Shown: positions 9,747 to 20,960, counted from the stretch's first letter. The stretch is DNA of 64,000 nt from Bacillota bacterium (GCA_021799275.1 JAJZAT010000008.1:11972-75971); one strand, 5' to 3'. Notes: generated by a model not told the origin, from the sequence alone. Numbers and translations: made by a program.

Positions 9747-11003
9747 TCAGCCCTCGAGCAGCAGCTGCGTCGGATCCTCCAGAAGCTCCTTGATATGCCG
9801 CAGGAAGCGGACCGAGACCGATCCGTCGACGATGCGGTGGTCATAGGAAAGAGCGATGTACATCATCGGCCGGATCTGCACCTCGCCGCGCACGGCGATC
9901 GGGCGCTCCTGGATGCCGTGCATGCCCAGGATCCCGACCTGCGGCGCGTTGAGGATCGGCGTCGAGAGGAGGGAGCCGAAGACGCCTCCGTTGGTGATGG
10001 TGAAGGTGCCGCCACGCAGGTCCTCGAGCGTCAGGGCACCGCTTCTCGCCTTCGCGGCGAGCTCGGCGATCGCCTGCTCGATGCCGGCGAAGTTCAGGCG
10101 GTCGGCGTCCCGCACCACGGGCACGACCAGCCCCTCATCGGTGGAGACTGCGATGCCGATGTCGTAGTAGTGCTTGAGGACGATCTCGTCGCCCTGGATC
10201 TCGGCGTTGAGATGCGGATAGGCCTTGAGGGCGCTCAAGGTCGCCTTGGTGAAGAAGGACATCAGGCCGAGCGACACGCCGTGCCTCTCCTTGAAGGCGT
10301 CGCGCCGCTCGTGGCGCACCGCCATCACCGCGGAGAGGTCCACCTCGTTGAAGGTGGTGAGCATCGCGGCCCCGTGCTGCGCCTCGACCAGCCGGCGCGC
10401 GATGGTGAGACGCCGGCGTGACATGCGCTGGCGCTCCTCGCGGCCGCTCGCGGCTGCGAACACGTCCGCGGACGCGGGAGCCGGAGCGGGCGGTGCCGGC
10501 GTCTTGGGCGCGGGAGCCGGCGCGGCGGCGGCGGGCGCCGCCGGGATCACCGTCTCGGGCGCGGTGGCGAGCCTCGCCGCCGTGCGCTCGACGTCCTCCC
10601 GCGTCACGCGGCCGCGCGGTCCGCTGCCCGTCACCTGACGCAGATCGACCTGCAGATCCTGCGCCGCCCTACGCACCTCGGGCGATGTGGGACCGGCTGC
10701 GGCGGCGGGTTCTTCCGCCGCTGGAGCAGGAGCGGCTGCGGCGGGCGCCTCGGTCGCGGCGGCCACGCCTTCGGCGATGGTGCCCAGCACCTCGCCGATG
10801 CCGACGGTCGCACCCTCCTCCTTGCGGATCTCCTGGAGGGTGCCGGCCGTCTGGGCCTGCACCTCCAGATTGACCTTGTCGGTCTCGAGCTCCACCAGCG
10901 CGTCGCCCGCGGCCACCGCGTCGCCGGGATGCTTCAGCCAGTGGCCGACGGTCGCCTCGACGATCGACTCGCCAAGCTGCGGTACGGTGATCTCAGTTGG
11001 CAC
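9747..11003 (-). CDS. odhB: 2-oxoglutarate dehydrogenase E2 (dihydrolipoamide succinyltransferase)
   Basis: Lipoyl ETDKV, E3-binding [12 protein letters not shown], Ala/Pro linkers, SYDHRIVDG. Confidence 0.96.
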   Translation of the reverse strand: MPTEITVPQLGESIVEATVGHWLKHPGDAVAAGDALVELETDKVNLEVQAQTAGTLQEIRKEEGATVGIGEVLGTIAEGVAAATEAPAAAAPAPAAEEPAAAAGPTSPEVRRAAQDLQVDLRQVTGSGPRGRVTREDVERTAARLATAPETVIPAAPAAAAPAPAPKTPAPPAPAPASADVFAAASGREERQRMSRRRLTIARRLVEAQHGAAMLTTFNEVDLSAVMAVRHERRDAFKERHGVSLGLMSFFTKATLSALKAYPHLNAEIQGDEIVLKHYYDIGIAVSTDEGLVVPVVRDADRLNFAGIEQAIAELAAKARSGALTLEDLRGGTFTITNGGVFGSLLSTPILNAPQVGILGMHGIQERPIAVRGEVQIRPMMYIALSYDHRIVDGSVSVRFLRHIKELLEDPTQLLLEG

Positions 11004-13794
11004 GTCTCTTCACACCCCGCGTTTGCAGTTTCTTCTCCGGCAGCGAAAGAGCTTCCCCGGTGATGCGCTCGTGCTCGGCCTTGTGGACGTCCGGCATTCC
11101 CTCCGCGGTGGACGCCCGTTCCGGCCGGCCGACGTAGCGGAGCTCCACCCCGTCCGGCAGGAGCTTCGCGAGCCGCGGCGCGATGAACGTCCAGGGACCC
11201 ATGTTGGTGGGCTCCTCCTGAAGCCAGATCGCTTCGCGCACCCCCGGATAGGCTGCGATGACGGCACGGATCTCTTCCTCCGGGAAGGGATAGAGCAGTT
11301 CCAGGCGGATCAGCGCGGCACGCTCGGCGTCGTGGTGTTCCTTTGCCGCAAGGCGGTACTCGACCGAAATCTTGCCGCTGCAGAAGACGAGCCGCTCCAC
11401 CCGATCGCGCCGGTTGATCGCCGTGTCGTCGTCCAGCACCGGCTGGAAGCTGCCCGTCGCGAGTTCCGCGAGGTCGGACTGCGCCATCGGGTGGCGCAAC
11501 AGGCTCTTCGGCGTCATCACGACCAGTGGTCGTGGCTGAAGGCCCAGGGCAGCCGCCTGGAGCCGGAGCACATGGAAGTACTGCGCGGATGTCGTGCAGT
11601 TGGCGATGCGCAGGTTGCCCTCGGCGGCGAGTTGCAGGTAGCGCTCCACGCGGCCGCTCGAGTGCTCCGGACCCTGGCCCTCGTAGCCATGCGGCAGCAG
11701 CAGGACGAGATTCGAGCGCTCGCGCCACTTCGCCCTCGCCGCGGTCAGGAACTGGTCGACGATCACCTGCGCCGCGTTGGCGAAGTCGCCGAACTGGGCC
11801 TCCCAGATGACGAGCGTCTCCGGGGCCCGGAGGCCGTAGCCGTACTCGAACCCGAGCACGCCGGACTCCGACAGGGGGCTGTTGTAGACGGCGAACGACG
11901 CCTTGGCGGTGGGCAGGTGCTGCAGAGGCGTGTAACGGTGGCCGTCGTGCACGTCGTGCAGCACGAGGTGGCGCTGGCTGAAGGTGCCGCGCTCCGTGTC
12001 CTGCCCGCTCATGCGGATGGGGATGCCGTCTTCGAGGATGGTGGCGAAGGCCAGGCTCTCGGCGTGCGCCCAGTCGACGCCCTGCGGCTTGTCGAGCAGT
12101 TCGCGTCGCCTCTGGAGGAGCCGTTCGAGCTTCGCGCTGCCGGTGAAACCCTCCGGACGCGCCAGCAGGGCGTCGTTCGCGGCGCGCAGCCGCTCCTCGC
12201 CAGGTGGCGTGGCGATCCCTTGCAGGGTGCGCTCCTCCGGCATCGTCTGGGGGAACTTGACCCGTCCCTCGACCACCTCGTCGAACGCGGCGCGCAGCCT
12301 CTCGCGCGCCTTCTCCTGCATGGCCGCCGCCGCGCCCTGGTCCACGATGCCCTCCGCGACCAGCCGGTCCTCGTAGACCTTGCGCACCGTGGGGTGGTTG
12401 CCGATCAGCTCGTAAAGCCTGGGCTGGGTGAAGCTCGGCTCGTCACCCTCGTTGTGCCCGTAGCGCCGGTAGCCGACGAGATCGATGAGGAAGTCCTTGT
12501 GGAAGAGCTGCCGGTAGGCGATCGCGATGCGCGCCGCCGTCATGCAGGCGTCCGGGTCGTCCGCGTTCACGTGCAGGATGGGAATCTCGAAACCCTTGGC
12601 AAGGTCCGACGAGTAGCGTGTGGAACGGTCCTCGCCGGGGTCCGTCGTAAAGCCGACCTGGTTGTTCGCGATGATGTGCACGGAGCCGCCCGTGGTGTAG
12701 CCGAAAAGCTGCGAGAGGTTCAAGGTCTCCGCGACGATGCCCTCGCCGGGGAACGCCGCATCGCCGTGCACCGAAACGTTGATGGCTTGGGAGAAGTCCG
12801 GCCTGGGGCGTCCGGGCCCGGTGCGGTCGTCCTGCGCCCCGCGGGTCATGCCCTGAACCACCGGGTTGACGAACTCGAGGTGGCTCGGGTTGTTCGCGAG
12901 CGTGATCTGAACCGGCTGCTCGCCCTCGTTCTGGATGGTTCGGCGCGACCCGAGGTGATACTTGACGTCGCCGCTCCAGCCGACGTAGAGGTCCGGCTGT
13001 TCGTCGGGCCCGACGTGGAACTCGGTGAAGATCTGGCCGAACGGCTTGCCGATGACATGCGTCAGCACCGAGAGGCGCCCACGGTGCGCCATGCCGATCG
13101 TCACCTCGCGCGTGCCGCTCTCGACGGCCGCGTCGATGATCTCGTCCAGCATGGGCACCAGCACGTCGTTGCCCTCGATCGAGAACCGCTTCTGCCCCTG
13201 GAACGTGCGGTGCAGGAACTGCTCGAACTCCTCGACGTCGGTGAGGCGCTCGAGGATCTCGAGCCGCCGCGCCGCAGCCATGTGGCGATAGCTGCCGTCC
13301 TCCGCGGCGTGCTGCAGCCATTGACGCTCCTCGGCCTCGTGCACGTGGCTGAAGTCGAAGCCGATGGTACCCATGTAGATCTCTTCAAGGCGGGCGATCG
13401 CCTGCCTCAGGCTGCCGACGGCCGGGCCCGCCGCCGGGAACACGATCGCCCCCGGCAGCCGGTCCATCTGCTCGTCCGTCAGGCCGTAGCCCTGCGCGTC
13501 GAGCGCGTGCTGCGTCGGCGGATCCTGACCCAGGGGGTCAAGGCGCGCCTTGAGGTGCCCGTATTCCCTGATGTTGCGCGCGAGACGCGCCGCGAGCACG
13601 ATCTCCTGCACGTCCGCCGGCGCGGCGGTCGCCGTGCTCGGAGCATCCTTGAGGCTTACGCCACCCTCGAGCTCCATGCGTCGGAACATGGCAGCCGTCG
13701 CGGCGTCGACCGACTGAGGATCCTGCCGGTAACGCTCGTAGAGCTCAAGGGCCCAACCAGCGTTCGGACCATGAAACAGCTCCCCCAGGTCCAT
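10993..13794 (-). CDS. odhA: 2-oxoglutarate dehydrogenase E1
   Basis: [52 protein letters not shown] after GAGGA. Confidence 0.97.
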   Translation of the reverse strand: MDLGELFHGPNAGWALELYERYRQDPQSVDAATAAMFRRMELEGGVSLKDAPSTATAAPADVQEIVLAARLARNIREYGHLKARLDPLGQDPPTQHALDAQGYGLTDEQMDRLPGAIVFPAAGPAVGSLRQAIARLEEIYMGTIGFDFSHVHEAEERQWLQHAAEDGSYRHMAAARRLEILERLTDVEEFEQFLHRTFQGQKRFSIEGNDVLVPMLDEIIDAAVESGTREVTIGMAHRGRLSVLTHVIGKPFGQIFTEFHVGPDEQPDLYVGWSGDVKYHLGSRRTIQNEGEQPVQITLANNPSHLEFVNPVVQGMTRGAQDDRTGPGRPRPDFSQAINVSVHGDAAFPGEGIVAETLNLSQLFGYTTGGSVHIIANNQVGFTTDPGEDRSTRYSSDLAKGFEIPILHVNADDPDACMTAARIAIAYRQLFHKDFLIDLVGYRRYGHNEGDEPSFTQPRLYELIGNHPTVRKVYEDRLVAEGIVDQGAAAAMQEKARERLRAAFDEVVEGRVKFPQTMPEERTLQGIATPPGEERLRAANDALLARPEGFTGSAKLERLLQRRRELLDKPQGVDWAHAESLAFATILEDGIPIRMSGQDTERGTFSQRHLVLHDVHDGHRYTPLQHLPTAKASFAVYNSPLSESGVLGFEYGYGLRAPETLVIWEAQFGDFANAAQVIVDQFLTAARAKWRERSNLVLLLPHGYEGQGPEHSSGRVERYLQLAAEGNLRIANCTTSAQYFHVLRLQAAALGLQPRPLVVMTPKSLLRHPMAQSDLAELATGSFQPVLDDDTAINRRDRVERLVFCSGKISVEYRLAAKEHHDAERAALIRLELLYPFPEEEIRAVIAAYPGVREAIWLQEEPTNMGPWTFIAPRLAKLLPDGVELRYVGRPERASTAEGMPDVHKAEHERITGEALSLPEKKLQTRGVKRRAN

Positions 13795-13895
13795 GCTGAT
13801 CTTCCTCGCGGGGCCGATTTCTTGGTCATCCGGGACGTCCTGCCAAGTAGGTTTCATTATAACCAACGGCCGAATGCCTGTGTGACGTGGCAAAC

Positions 13896-13924
13896 ACTGT
13901 AGGCAAGCGCGGGGGGGCCGTCAA
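13896..13924 (-). promoter_or_regulatory. SigA-type promoter of odhAB
   Basis: Minus strand TTGACG-N17-TACAGT; a second TATAAT at 13856-13861. Confidence 0.6.
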
Positions 13925-14064
13925 GGGCATAGGCCACACGTTCGGGGTCCTACCGCGCCTTACGCGCCTTTTGGCCACCGGACCCTCGCGCGTCCCGGTG
14001 GCAGCTTCCGGGAGGACACGCACGGCAGGTGACGAAGGCTTGCATGGCAAGGAGGCGCTCCACT

Positions 14065-15147
14065 TTGGATGCTTTGCGCGTAGGAATCGCCGGCACGGGC
14101 TTCGGTGCCCGTGTCCACGCGCCCATGCTGTCGGCCCATCCGGGCTTCGAACCCGTAGCGATTGCGAGCCTGCACCGCGGCGACCCGGACCGCGCACGGG
14201 CCGAGAGCGGAATCGCGAACGTCCTCGGCGACTGGCACGACCTGATCGATCTGCCGCTCGATCTCCTGGTGGTCGCCGCGAACCCGGAACTCCATCGCGA
14301 GATCACGGAAGCTGCGCTTCAGGCGGGACTCCATGTCCTCTGTGAAAAGCCCATGGCGCTGGACCTCGCGGAGGCGGAGTCCATGGAATCGCTGCGCCGC
14401 TCGCAGGACCGCATCGGCGCGATCACGTTCGAGTTCCGTTTCCGCCCCGCCCGCGCCGCAGTGCGGAGCCTGATCGCGGACGGCGCGATCGGGCGGATCC
14501 TGCATGTCGCCTACGTGGGTCAGGACCGTCGCCTGCCGCAACTGCACAGCGCGCCGCTCGGCTGGCTCGGCCGCAGTAGCCAGGGTGGCGGCAGGCTGGG
14601 TGCTCTCGGCAGCCACATGTTCGATAGTCTGCGCTACTGGACCGGCGATGAAGTCGCCGAGCTGTCGGCGCAGCTGACGACGCATGTGGCCGAAGGACCC
14701 GGCGACGAGCGGCGCGACGCGGACGACGCCTTCCAGGTGTTCGGCCGCCTCGTGTCAGGGGCCACCTTCCTGCTCGACTACCGCTCCGCCACGACGCGTC
14801 CGTCGGGATGGCAGCTCGAGGTGCATGGCAGCGAGGGCACCGTCGCCCTCTCGGACGATCGCACGGTGCGGCTGCAGCGGGGCGACGCCGACTGGCGGGA
14901 GGTCGAGCTTCCCGAGGCGCAGGAGGCACCTCGGCTTCCAGAGACCGCGAGAGGCTACGCCAGCGCGATGCTCCCCTTCCTCGACCGGCTGCACCGGTCC
15001 GTGGTAGCGGGCCGTCCGAGCGGGGATCTTCCGACCTTCCAGGATGGCGTCGCAAGCCAGCGGCTTCTCGACGCCGCGCGCCGCGCGTCGGACACCGGAC
15101 AGCGCCAAGTGCTGCGCGGACCCACAGGACAGGTCGTTCGTCCCTAG
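14065..15147 (+). CDS. Gfo/Idh/MocA family oxidoreductase
   Basis: GIAGTGFG, HVLCEKPMA, GGGRLGALGSH; TTG after AAGGAGG. Confidence 0.88.
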   Translation: MDALRVGIAGTGFGARVHAPMLSAHPGFEPVAIASLHRGDPDRARAESGIANVLGDWHDLIDLPLDLLVVAANPELHREITEAALQAGLHVLCEKPMALDLAEAESMESLRRSQDRIGAITFEFRFRPARAAVRSLIADGAIGRILHVAYVGQDRRLPQLHSAPLGWLGRSSQGGGRLGALGSHMFDSLRYWTGDEVAELSAQLTTHVAEGPGDERRDADDAFQVFGRLVSGATFLLDYRSATTRPSGWQLEVHGSEGTVALSDDRTVRLQRGDADWREVELPEAQEAPRLPETARGYASAMLPFLDRLHRSVVAGRPSGDLPTFQDGVASQRLLDAARRASDTGQRQVLRGPTGQVVRP

Positions 15148-15205
15148 GAACGCCGGCAAAGGACGCGAATACCCCCATACTTCGAGACAAGCGAGGAGGC
15201 GCATC

Positions 15206-15928
15206 ATGCAGCTCTTCCCAGGCGCAGAAGTGCTTGAGTTGCCGATGCAGGGGTTCGGCGGAACGAGCGTCGTGTACCCGGTCCTGCTCATGGGCGAGGA
15301 AGGCGCCACGCTGGTCGACACGGGCTTCCCCGGCCAGGGCGACGCGCTCGAGGCGGCCCTCAGGGCCATTGGGCACTCCGTCTCGGACCTGGACCGCGTC
15401 ATCCTGACCCACCAGGACATCGACCACATCGGGAATCTGCCGGCGATCGCGGCCGGGCGCACCACCGTGCTCGCCCATCGGCTCGAGGCGCCCTACATCG
15501 AGGGGCGCGAAAGGCTTCTTAAGTTCAACCCCGAGCGCATGCAGCGGATGCTCGAGCACATGCCCGAAGCGGCGCAGGCCCAGTTCAAGGCGCTCATGTC
15601 GAACCTGCCCAAGGCGCAGGTGGACGTGCTGCTGGAGGACGGCGAGGAGCTGCCGCTCTACGGCGGCATCCGGGTCATCCACACGCCCGGCCACACACCC
15701 GGCCACATCAGCCTCTACTTCCCGCGACACCGCACCCTCATCTCAGGCGACGCCATGCGCGTCGTGAACGGCCAACTCGAGGGTCCCGGGCCGGAAGTGA
15801 CGCCGGACATGCCGACCGCCATGGCGTCGCTCGCGAAGCTGCCGCAGGACGTCGACTACGTCCTGAGCTACCATGGCGGCCTGTTCGGGCCGGGAGCCGC
15901 AAAGCGTATCCAGGAGATCATCGGCTGA
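15206..15928 (+). CDS. MBL-fold metallo-hydrolase
   Basis: LVDTG, THQDIDHIG, TPGHTPGH, GDA, final H; ATG after GAGGAGG. Confidence 0.9.
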   Translation: MQLFPGAEVLELPMQGFGGTSVVYPVLLMGEEGATLVDTGFPGQGDALEAALRAIGHSVSDLDRVILTHQDIDHIGNLPAIAAGRTTVLAHRLEAPYIEGRERLLKFNPERMQRMLEHMPEAAQAQFKALMSNLPKAQVDVLLEDGEELPLYGGIRVIHTPGHTPGHISLYFPRHRTLISGDAMRVVNGQLEGPGPEVTPDMPTAMASLAKLPQDVDYVLSYHGGLFGPGAAKRIQEIIG

Positions 15929-15944
15929 CGACTGTGCATGGCGT

Positions 15945-15991
15945 GGGGGCTGTCCGACGCGGGCCTTGGGCCTTGCGGGACAGCCCCCTTT
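15945..15991 (+). terminator. Intrinsic terminator
   Basis: GGGGGCTGTCC...GGACAGCCCCC-TTT. Confidence 0.7.
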
Positions 15992-16021
15992 CGTCGGACC
16001 GACCACGGTGCCAAAGGACTC

Positions 16022-16049
16022 TTAACCTGACCGCAACCGAACACTAACA
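16022..16049 (+). promoter_or_regulatory. Putative PhoP-type box (three hexamers at 11-bp period)
   Basis: TTAACC (16022), GCAACC (16033), CTAACA (16044) upstream of a Pho84-like transporter. Confidence 0.5.
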
Positions 16050-16108
16050 GGCCAGCGGGAACCTTCTGCTGAGACCCGTGTGCGCAGTCCAGAGCAGGAG
16101 GGGATCGC

Positions 16109-17491
16109 GTGGCCCAGCGGACAGGCTCCCTCGTAGGCGCGCTCAATGACGCGCCGCTCAGCCTCTTCCACCTTCGCACCGTGCTCACGGCGGGCATGGG
16201 CTTCTTCACGGACGCGTACGATCTTTTCATCATCAGCGCGGCCGTTACCCTGATCAAAGTGCAGTGGGACCCGAGCGCCACGGAGCTCGGGCTGCTGTCG
16301 AGCACCGCTCTGATCGCCGCGTTTGTTGGCGCCTTCCTGTTCGGCCGCGTGGCCGACGTATTCGGCAGGAAATCCATCTACGGACTCGAGGCGGCGATCA
16401 TGGCCGCGGCGGCCATCGCCTCCGCCTTTGCACCGAACATCATCTGGCTCATCGTCTTCCGCTTCGTCCTTGGTGTCGGCATTGGCGGCGACTATCCCGT
16501 CTCGGCGGTGCTGATGAGCGAATATGCCAATCGCCAGGACCGCGGCAAGCTGGTGGGGCTCGTCTTCTCCATGCAGGCGCTCGGTCTCGTCGCCGGTCCG
16601 ATCGTCGCGATGACCCTCCTTGCCTCAGGCGTCTCTGGTGACCTCGCCTGGCGGCTCATGCTCGGGCTCGGTGCCCTGCCTGCACTCGCCGTGATCTACC
16701 TGCGGCGCACGCTTCCGGAGTCTCCGCGCTACGTCGCACGCGTGCGGGGCAATGCGCCCGAGGCCACCCGCTCGGTGCGGGAATTTACGCGCGGCCAGGT
16801 CGACGCGGCGGCGGACGCCGAGCCGAAGGTGCGGCTCTCCTTCTGGCAGTTCCTGCACGACCGGCGCTACCTGCGCCTGCTGCTCGGCACCGCGGGCACA
16901 TGGTTCGTGTTCGACTACGCCTACTACGGAAACTCCATTTCGACGCCCCTGATCATCAAATCGGTCGCACCAGCCGCGACGACCATCGAGACGATGGCGT
17001 GGACGCTGATCATCTTCGTTGTGGCGGCTGTGCCCGGTTACCTTCTAGCCATCCTGAAGCTCGACGACATCGGCCACCGGCGGCTGCAGTGGATCGGCTT
17101 CACGGTGATGGGACTGGCGTTCCTTGCCCTGGGCGTCATCCCCGGCATCACTTCGCTGCTCGTGCCATTCCTCGTCATCTACGGAATCAGCTACTTCTTC
17201 GCCGAGTTCGGCCCCAACACCACCACGTTCGTACTGAGTGCCGAGGTCTACCCCGTCAGCATGCGGACGACCGGTCACGGGCTCTCAGCTGGCATCGCCA
17301 AAGTCGGCGCGTTCATCGGCGTGTTCGTCTTCCCCATCCTCAGCTCGGCGCTCGGCATCGCAGGAACCTTGCGCATCACGTTCCTCTTCGCGATGGTCGG
17401 CGTACTGCTGACCATGCTGCTGCCGGAGCCGGCCAAACAGGACCTCGAGGCCGTGTCCTACGAGGACGAACTCATCTCGCAGCAGGCCTGA
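16109..17491 (+). CDS. MFS phosphate:H+ symporter (Pho84/PHS family)
   Basis: GMGFFTDAYDLF, GIGGDYPVSA, FSMQ, FDYAYYG, FGPNTTTF, HGLSAGIAKVGA are PHS hallmarks. Confidence 0.88.
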   Translation: MAQRTGSLVGALNDAPLSLFHLRTVLTAGMGFFTDAYDLFIISAAVTLIKVQWDPSATELGLLSSTALIAAFVGAFLFGRVADVFGRKSIYGLEAAIMAAAAIASAFAPNIIWLIVFRFVLGVGIGGDYPVSAVLMSEYANRQDRGKLVGLVFSMQALGLVAGPIVAMTLLASGVSGDLAWRLMLGLGALPALAVIYLRRTLPESPRYVARVRGNAPEATRSVREFTRGQVDAAADAEPKVRLSFWQFLHDRRYLRLLLGTAGTWFVFDYAYYGNSISTPLIIKSVAPAATTIETMAWTLIIFVVAAVPGYLLAILKLDDIGHRRLQWIGFTVMGLAFLALGVIPGITSLLVPFLVIYGISYFFAEFGPNTTTFVLSAEVYPVSMRTTGHGLSAGIAKVGAFIGVFVFPILSSALGIAGTLRITFLFAMVGVLLTMLLPEPAKQDLEAVSYEDELISQQA

Positions 17492-17537
17492 CGTCCCTTG
17501 GCAAGCCGCAGTAAGAGCATAACGTGACCTGACCCAC

Positions 17538-17581
17538 GAGCGATCGGAGGCGTCGCCTACGGGCGGCGCCTCCGATCGCTC
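17538..17581. terminator. Hairpin between convergent genes
   Basis: GAGCGATCGGAGGCGTCGCC-TACG-GGCGGCGCCTCCGATCGCTC. Confidence 0.7.
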
Positions 17582-17595
17582 TCACCCTGAAAACC

Positions 17596-18822
17596 TCACT
17601 CGGGCGTGCCTGCCTCCACCTGCGGTCCATTCGCGACGCCGTCGGTAAAGGCCGCCTCCACCTCCTGTTCGGTGAGCCCCACCTCGCGCAGGATGCGCCT
17701 GGTGTGCTGCCCGTGCAGAGGCGGAGGTGTCCGCGGCTCGGCGGGCGTACCCGTGAAGCGCCACGGCAACCGCACCTGCCTGAGGTTCGGGATGAGGGGG
17801 TGGTCCATCTCGACCACCGTTCCGGCCTTCGCCACCTCCGGGCTCGCGAAGACTTCGGCCACTGTCCTGATCGGGCCGCAGGGAATGCCGGCGGCGGTGA
17901 GAGCCGTGAGCCACTCCGCTCGGCCGCGCGACGCGAGAGCACCGTCGATCGCCTGCTTGAGGGCCTGCCTGTGGAGCACGCGCTGCGGATTCGTCGCAAA
18001 GCGCTCGTCTTGGACCCACTCCGGATGACCGAGCGCGTCCGCGAGGCTCTTGAACTGCCGATCGTTGCCGACGCCCAAGGTGAGCGGCCCGTCCTTCGCT
18101 GCGAACGTCTCGTAGGGAGCCATCGACGGGTGGGCGTTGCCGTAGCGCCGTGCGGGCCCACCCGTCAGCAGGTGGCTCGAGGCCACGTTCGCCAGCATCG
18201 CCACCTCGCACTCGAAGAGGGACACCGAGACGTGCTGGCCTCTGCCGGTCTGGCTCCGGGCGTACAGCGCCGCCAAGATGCCGCTGAGCAGGAATGAGCT
18301 CGTGAAGAGGTCGGCCGCCGCGACGCCGACCTTGTATGGTGGTCCCTCCTCGGGCCCGGTGATGGACATCAGCCCGCCGGCCCCCTGGATGACGAAGTCG
18401 TAGCCGGCCCGGTCGTCGCCGAGCGGGTAGCCGCGGACGCTCGCGGTGATCAGCGCGGCATTGTCCCGGCGCATCTGCTCGAGCGACAGGTTGAACCGCT
18501 CGAGGTTGCCCGGGCGGAAGTTCTCGACGACCACGTCCGCCCAGCCGAGGGCCAGACGACGCACGACGTCCTGGGCGAGCGGCCGCGTCAGGTCGAGCGC
18601 GATGCTCTCCTTGTTCCGGTTCACACCGAGGTAGTAGGCCGACTCGCCCTGGATGAAGGGTGGCCCCCAGCTGCGCGTTTCGTCCCCTTCCTGCACGTGC
18701 TCCACCTTGATGACGCGCGCACCCAGTTCGCCGAGCGCCATGGTGGCATAGGGTCCGGCGAGCACGCGCGAGAGGTCGAGCACCTTCACTCCGGCGAGCG
18801 GGCCCTGTCCGCCGCTAGACAT
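17596..18822 (-). CDS. CaiB/BaiF family III CoA transferase
   Basis: DLSRVLAGP, NRNKES, VENFRPG, GYD, P-x-x-GQHT. Confidence 0.93.
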   Translation of the reverse strand: MSSGGQGPLAGVKVLDLSRVLAGPYATMALGELGARVIKVEHVQEGDETRSWGPPFIQGESAYYLGVNRNKESIALDLTRPLAQDVVRRLALGWADVVVENFRPGNLERFNLSLEQMRRDNAALITASVRGYPLGDDRAGYDFVIQGAGGLMSITGPEEGPPYKVGVAAADLFTSSFLLSGILAALYARSQTGRGQHVSVSLFECEVAMLANVASSHLLTGGPARRYGNAHPSMAPYETFAAKDGPLTLGVGNDRQFKSLADALGHPEWVQDERFATNPQRVLHRQALKQAIDGALASRGRAEWLTALTAAGIPCGPIRTVAEVFASPEVAKAGTVVEMDHPLIPNLRQVRLPWRFTGTPAEPRTPPPLHGQHTRRILREVGLTEQEVEAAFTDGVANGPQVEAGTPE

Positions 18823-19975
18823 GGGCCGTCAGAGCGGCGATGGCCCGGTGGGCCGCCGCAACGTCGTCGAGGTTGTTGTACGGGCCAAAGGAGAAGCGCG
18901 CAGCGCCAGGGCCGAACTCGCCGACGGCACGCGCGATCACGCCGCCCTCGGCCAGCCGCCCGACCACATCCCCGAGCTCCTCGGGGAAGCGCAACGTGCA
19001 CATGGCGGCACGCTGCTGCACCTGCACGAGTTCGCTGCCTTGGGGCAGTCCGTCGACGAACGCGTCGGCGAGAAGGCTCTGGTGCTGCTCGATCGTCATG
19101 GAGCCGATCTCCGCCCTCAGGGCCAGCGCGGCTTCAAGCCCCTCGAAAAGCGGCCAGTTCGCGGTGCCCACCTCGAACCGGCGCGCCTCCTGGCGCCACG
19201 CCACATCCTCTTCCTCGCGCCCTGCGAGGTCCTGCTCGGCGGAGCCGCTGCCAGCCGGCAACAGGCCCAGCTTCTCGAGGTTGTCCGGCCGGACGTAGAT
19301 GCCGGAGGTGCCGACGGGACCAAGCAGCCACTTGTGGCCGGAGAACGGGTAGAAGTCCGGATCGATCGCGCCGAGATCGACCTGCAACTGGCCGAGCGCC
19401 TGCGCGCCGTCGATCAGCGACAACACCCCGCGGCCGCGGCACAGCCTGGCGATGGCTGCCGCCGGCAGCACGCGGCCGCTGGTCTGGAGCACATGGCTGA
19501 CCGCCACGAGCCGCGTCCTGGGACCGATCAGCCTGGAAAGCTCGTCGAGCAGCTCCTCGTCCGTAGGGGCCATCCGCCAAGGAATCACCCGGATCCGGCC
19601 CATCGTCTCAAGGGCCCGCCAGGGGAAGCGGTTCGCCGGATGCTCCTCGGCCCCGACGATGACTTCGTCGCCAGCGGCGAAGCGCAGCCCCTGGGCCACC
19701 CAGTTGATTGCTTGCGTCACGTTGCCGGCGAACGCCACACTGGCCTGCGGCACGCCGAGCAGGAGAGCCATCGCCCCGCGCACGGCCGCCATGCCCTCGC
19801 GCCTGCGCTCATAGGCCTGCGGCCAGCCGGCACCTTCCACCTGCCACTGCTCGTACGCCTTGAAGAAGCGCACCGTCACCGTCTGCGGCGCGGCGCCCAT
19901 GGTACCGGTGTTCAGGTAAACCTTGCGCCGTACGACCGGTACGTCGGCGCGCAGGTCCTCGAGCGTGTAACCCAT
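18815..19975 (-). CDS. Class V PLP-dependent enzyme (CefD/EgtE-like)
   Basis: YLNTGTMG, EHPAN, DGAQ, SGHKWLLGP, RFEVGT; no RxGxHC motif. Confidence 0.85.
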   Translation of the reverse strand: MGYTLEDLRADVPVVRRKVYLNTGTMGAAPQTVTVRFFKAYEQWQVEGAGWPQAYERRREGMAAVRGAMALLLGVPQASVAFAGNVTQAINWVAQGLRFAAGDEVIVGAEEHPANRFPWRALETMGRIRVIPWRMAPTDEELLDELSRLIGPRTRLVAVSHVLQTSGRVLPAAAIARLCRGRGVLSLIDGAQALGQLQVDLGAIDPDFYPFSGHKWLLGPVGTSGIYVRPDNLEKLGLLPAGSGSAEQDLAGREEEDVAWRQEARRFEVGTANWPLFEGLEAALALRAEIGSMTIEQHQSLLADAFVDGLPQGSELVQVQQRAAMCTLRFPEELGDVVGRLAEGGVIARAVGEFGPGAARFSFGPYNNLDDVAAAHRAIAALTAHV

Positions 19976-20089
19976 GGCCTGGCCTCCTCGCTCGTCCTCT
20001 TACGCCGGATCGCGATCGGTCACCTGCCGTTCCGTCTGCTATCATCCTAGAGGCGATATTGCGCATCGGTTCGGAAGGCGGCGAATCTT

Positions 20090-20764
20090 ACGTCGGACCT
20101 CATACGGGACGGGAAGACGGCCAGGCTGCAGCGGTTCTACGGCATGGCGCATCGGCTCTACGACATGTTCATGTTCGAGGCGTCGCAGGAAACCTGGGAG
20201 GCGGCATTGGCCCTTTTGCACCCCTCGCCGGGAGAACAGGTGCTGGACGCAGGCACCGGCACCGGCAGACTCGCCATCGCTCTCGGGGACCAGGTCGGCG
20301 ACGCAGGCAAGGTCTTCGGCGTCGACATCTCTCCCGCCATGCTGCGCCAGGCGCGGCGCCAGGTCGCCCGAACGCCGATCTCGGACAGGATCGAGCTGCG
20401 TCTCGGCGACGTCCGCGCCCTGCCCTTCGCGGACGGCAGCCTCGACGGGGCGGTTGTCAGCCTCGTCCTCGAACTTCTGCCGCCCGAGGGGACATCCGCC
20501 GCCCTCGCGGAACTGCGGCGCGTCGTTCGTCCCGGCGGGCGCATCGTCCTTGCCGCCTTGGCCGAGGAGATGCCTTACGGGCGGACGCTTTCCTTCTATC
20601 TTGTGCTCCGCAGCATCTTCCGGCTCGCCGCGCTCGGACGGCCGCTTGCCCTGCGCAAGCTCGCGACGCAGGCGGGGCTCCTGGCGCGCATCTCCATGCG
20701 TCGCGACCTGCTGCGCCTGCCGATCGACATCCTGCTCTGCGAAGTGCCGAAGACGGCTGACTGA
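20090..20764 (+). CDS. Class I SAM-dependent methyltransferase (UbiE-like); start uncertain (first ATG 20144, possible ACG 20090)
   Basis: VLDAGTGTG, GVDIS, GDVRALPF, RVVRPGG. Confidence 0.8.
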   Translation, partial: TSDLIRDGKTARLQRFYGMAHRLYDMFMFEASQETWEAALALLHPSPGEQVLDAGTGTGRLAIALGDQVGDAGKVFGVDISPAMLRQARRQVARTPISDRIELRLGDVRALPFADGSLDGAVVSLVLELLPPEGTSAALAELRRVVRPGGRIVLAALAEEMPYGRTLSFYLVLRSIFRLAALGRPLALRKLATQAGLLARISMRRDLLRLPIDILLCEVPKTAD

Positions 20765-20932
20765 CCTCCCGCGCCACGCGTGCCGCCGGAGGCCTTGGCT
20801 TGCGGCGGCATTTTCATGCCCTTCCCGGCGCAGACTGAGGGCATCCCTGCCAGTGCGCCGCCGTGCCGGCAGAGCGGGTCCATCGGACCCTCGCGGGCGG
20901 TCTTGTGACCCTTGACGCCTTCACGCAGAACT

Positions 20933-20960
20933 TTGACCCTTTGTTAGGTAGGCCTAATTT
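20933..20960 (+). promoter_or_regulatory. Promoter overlapped by a DtxR/SirR/MntR-type palindrome
   Basis: TTGACC at 20933 then TTAGG-TAGG-CCTAA at 20944-20957, upstream of NRAMP. Confidence 0.6.

Noticed and set aside
10440..10780. GC-rich low-complexity repeats inside odhB
   Set aside because: Normal Ala/Pro linkers of E2 subunits
20815..20930. Possible NiCo, M-box or yybP riboswitch before NRAMP
   Set aside because: Only tiny fragments match (ACTGAG, GTTAGGT); the cores are missing and the region lies upstream of the likely promoter
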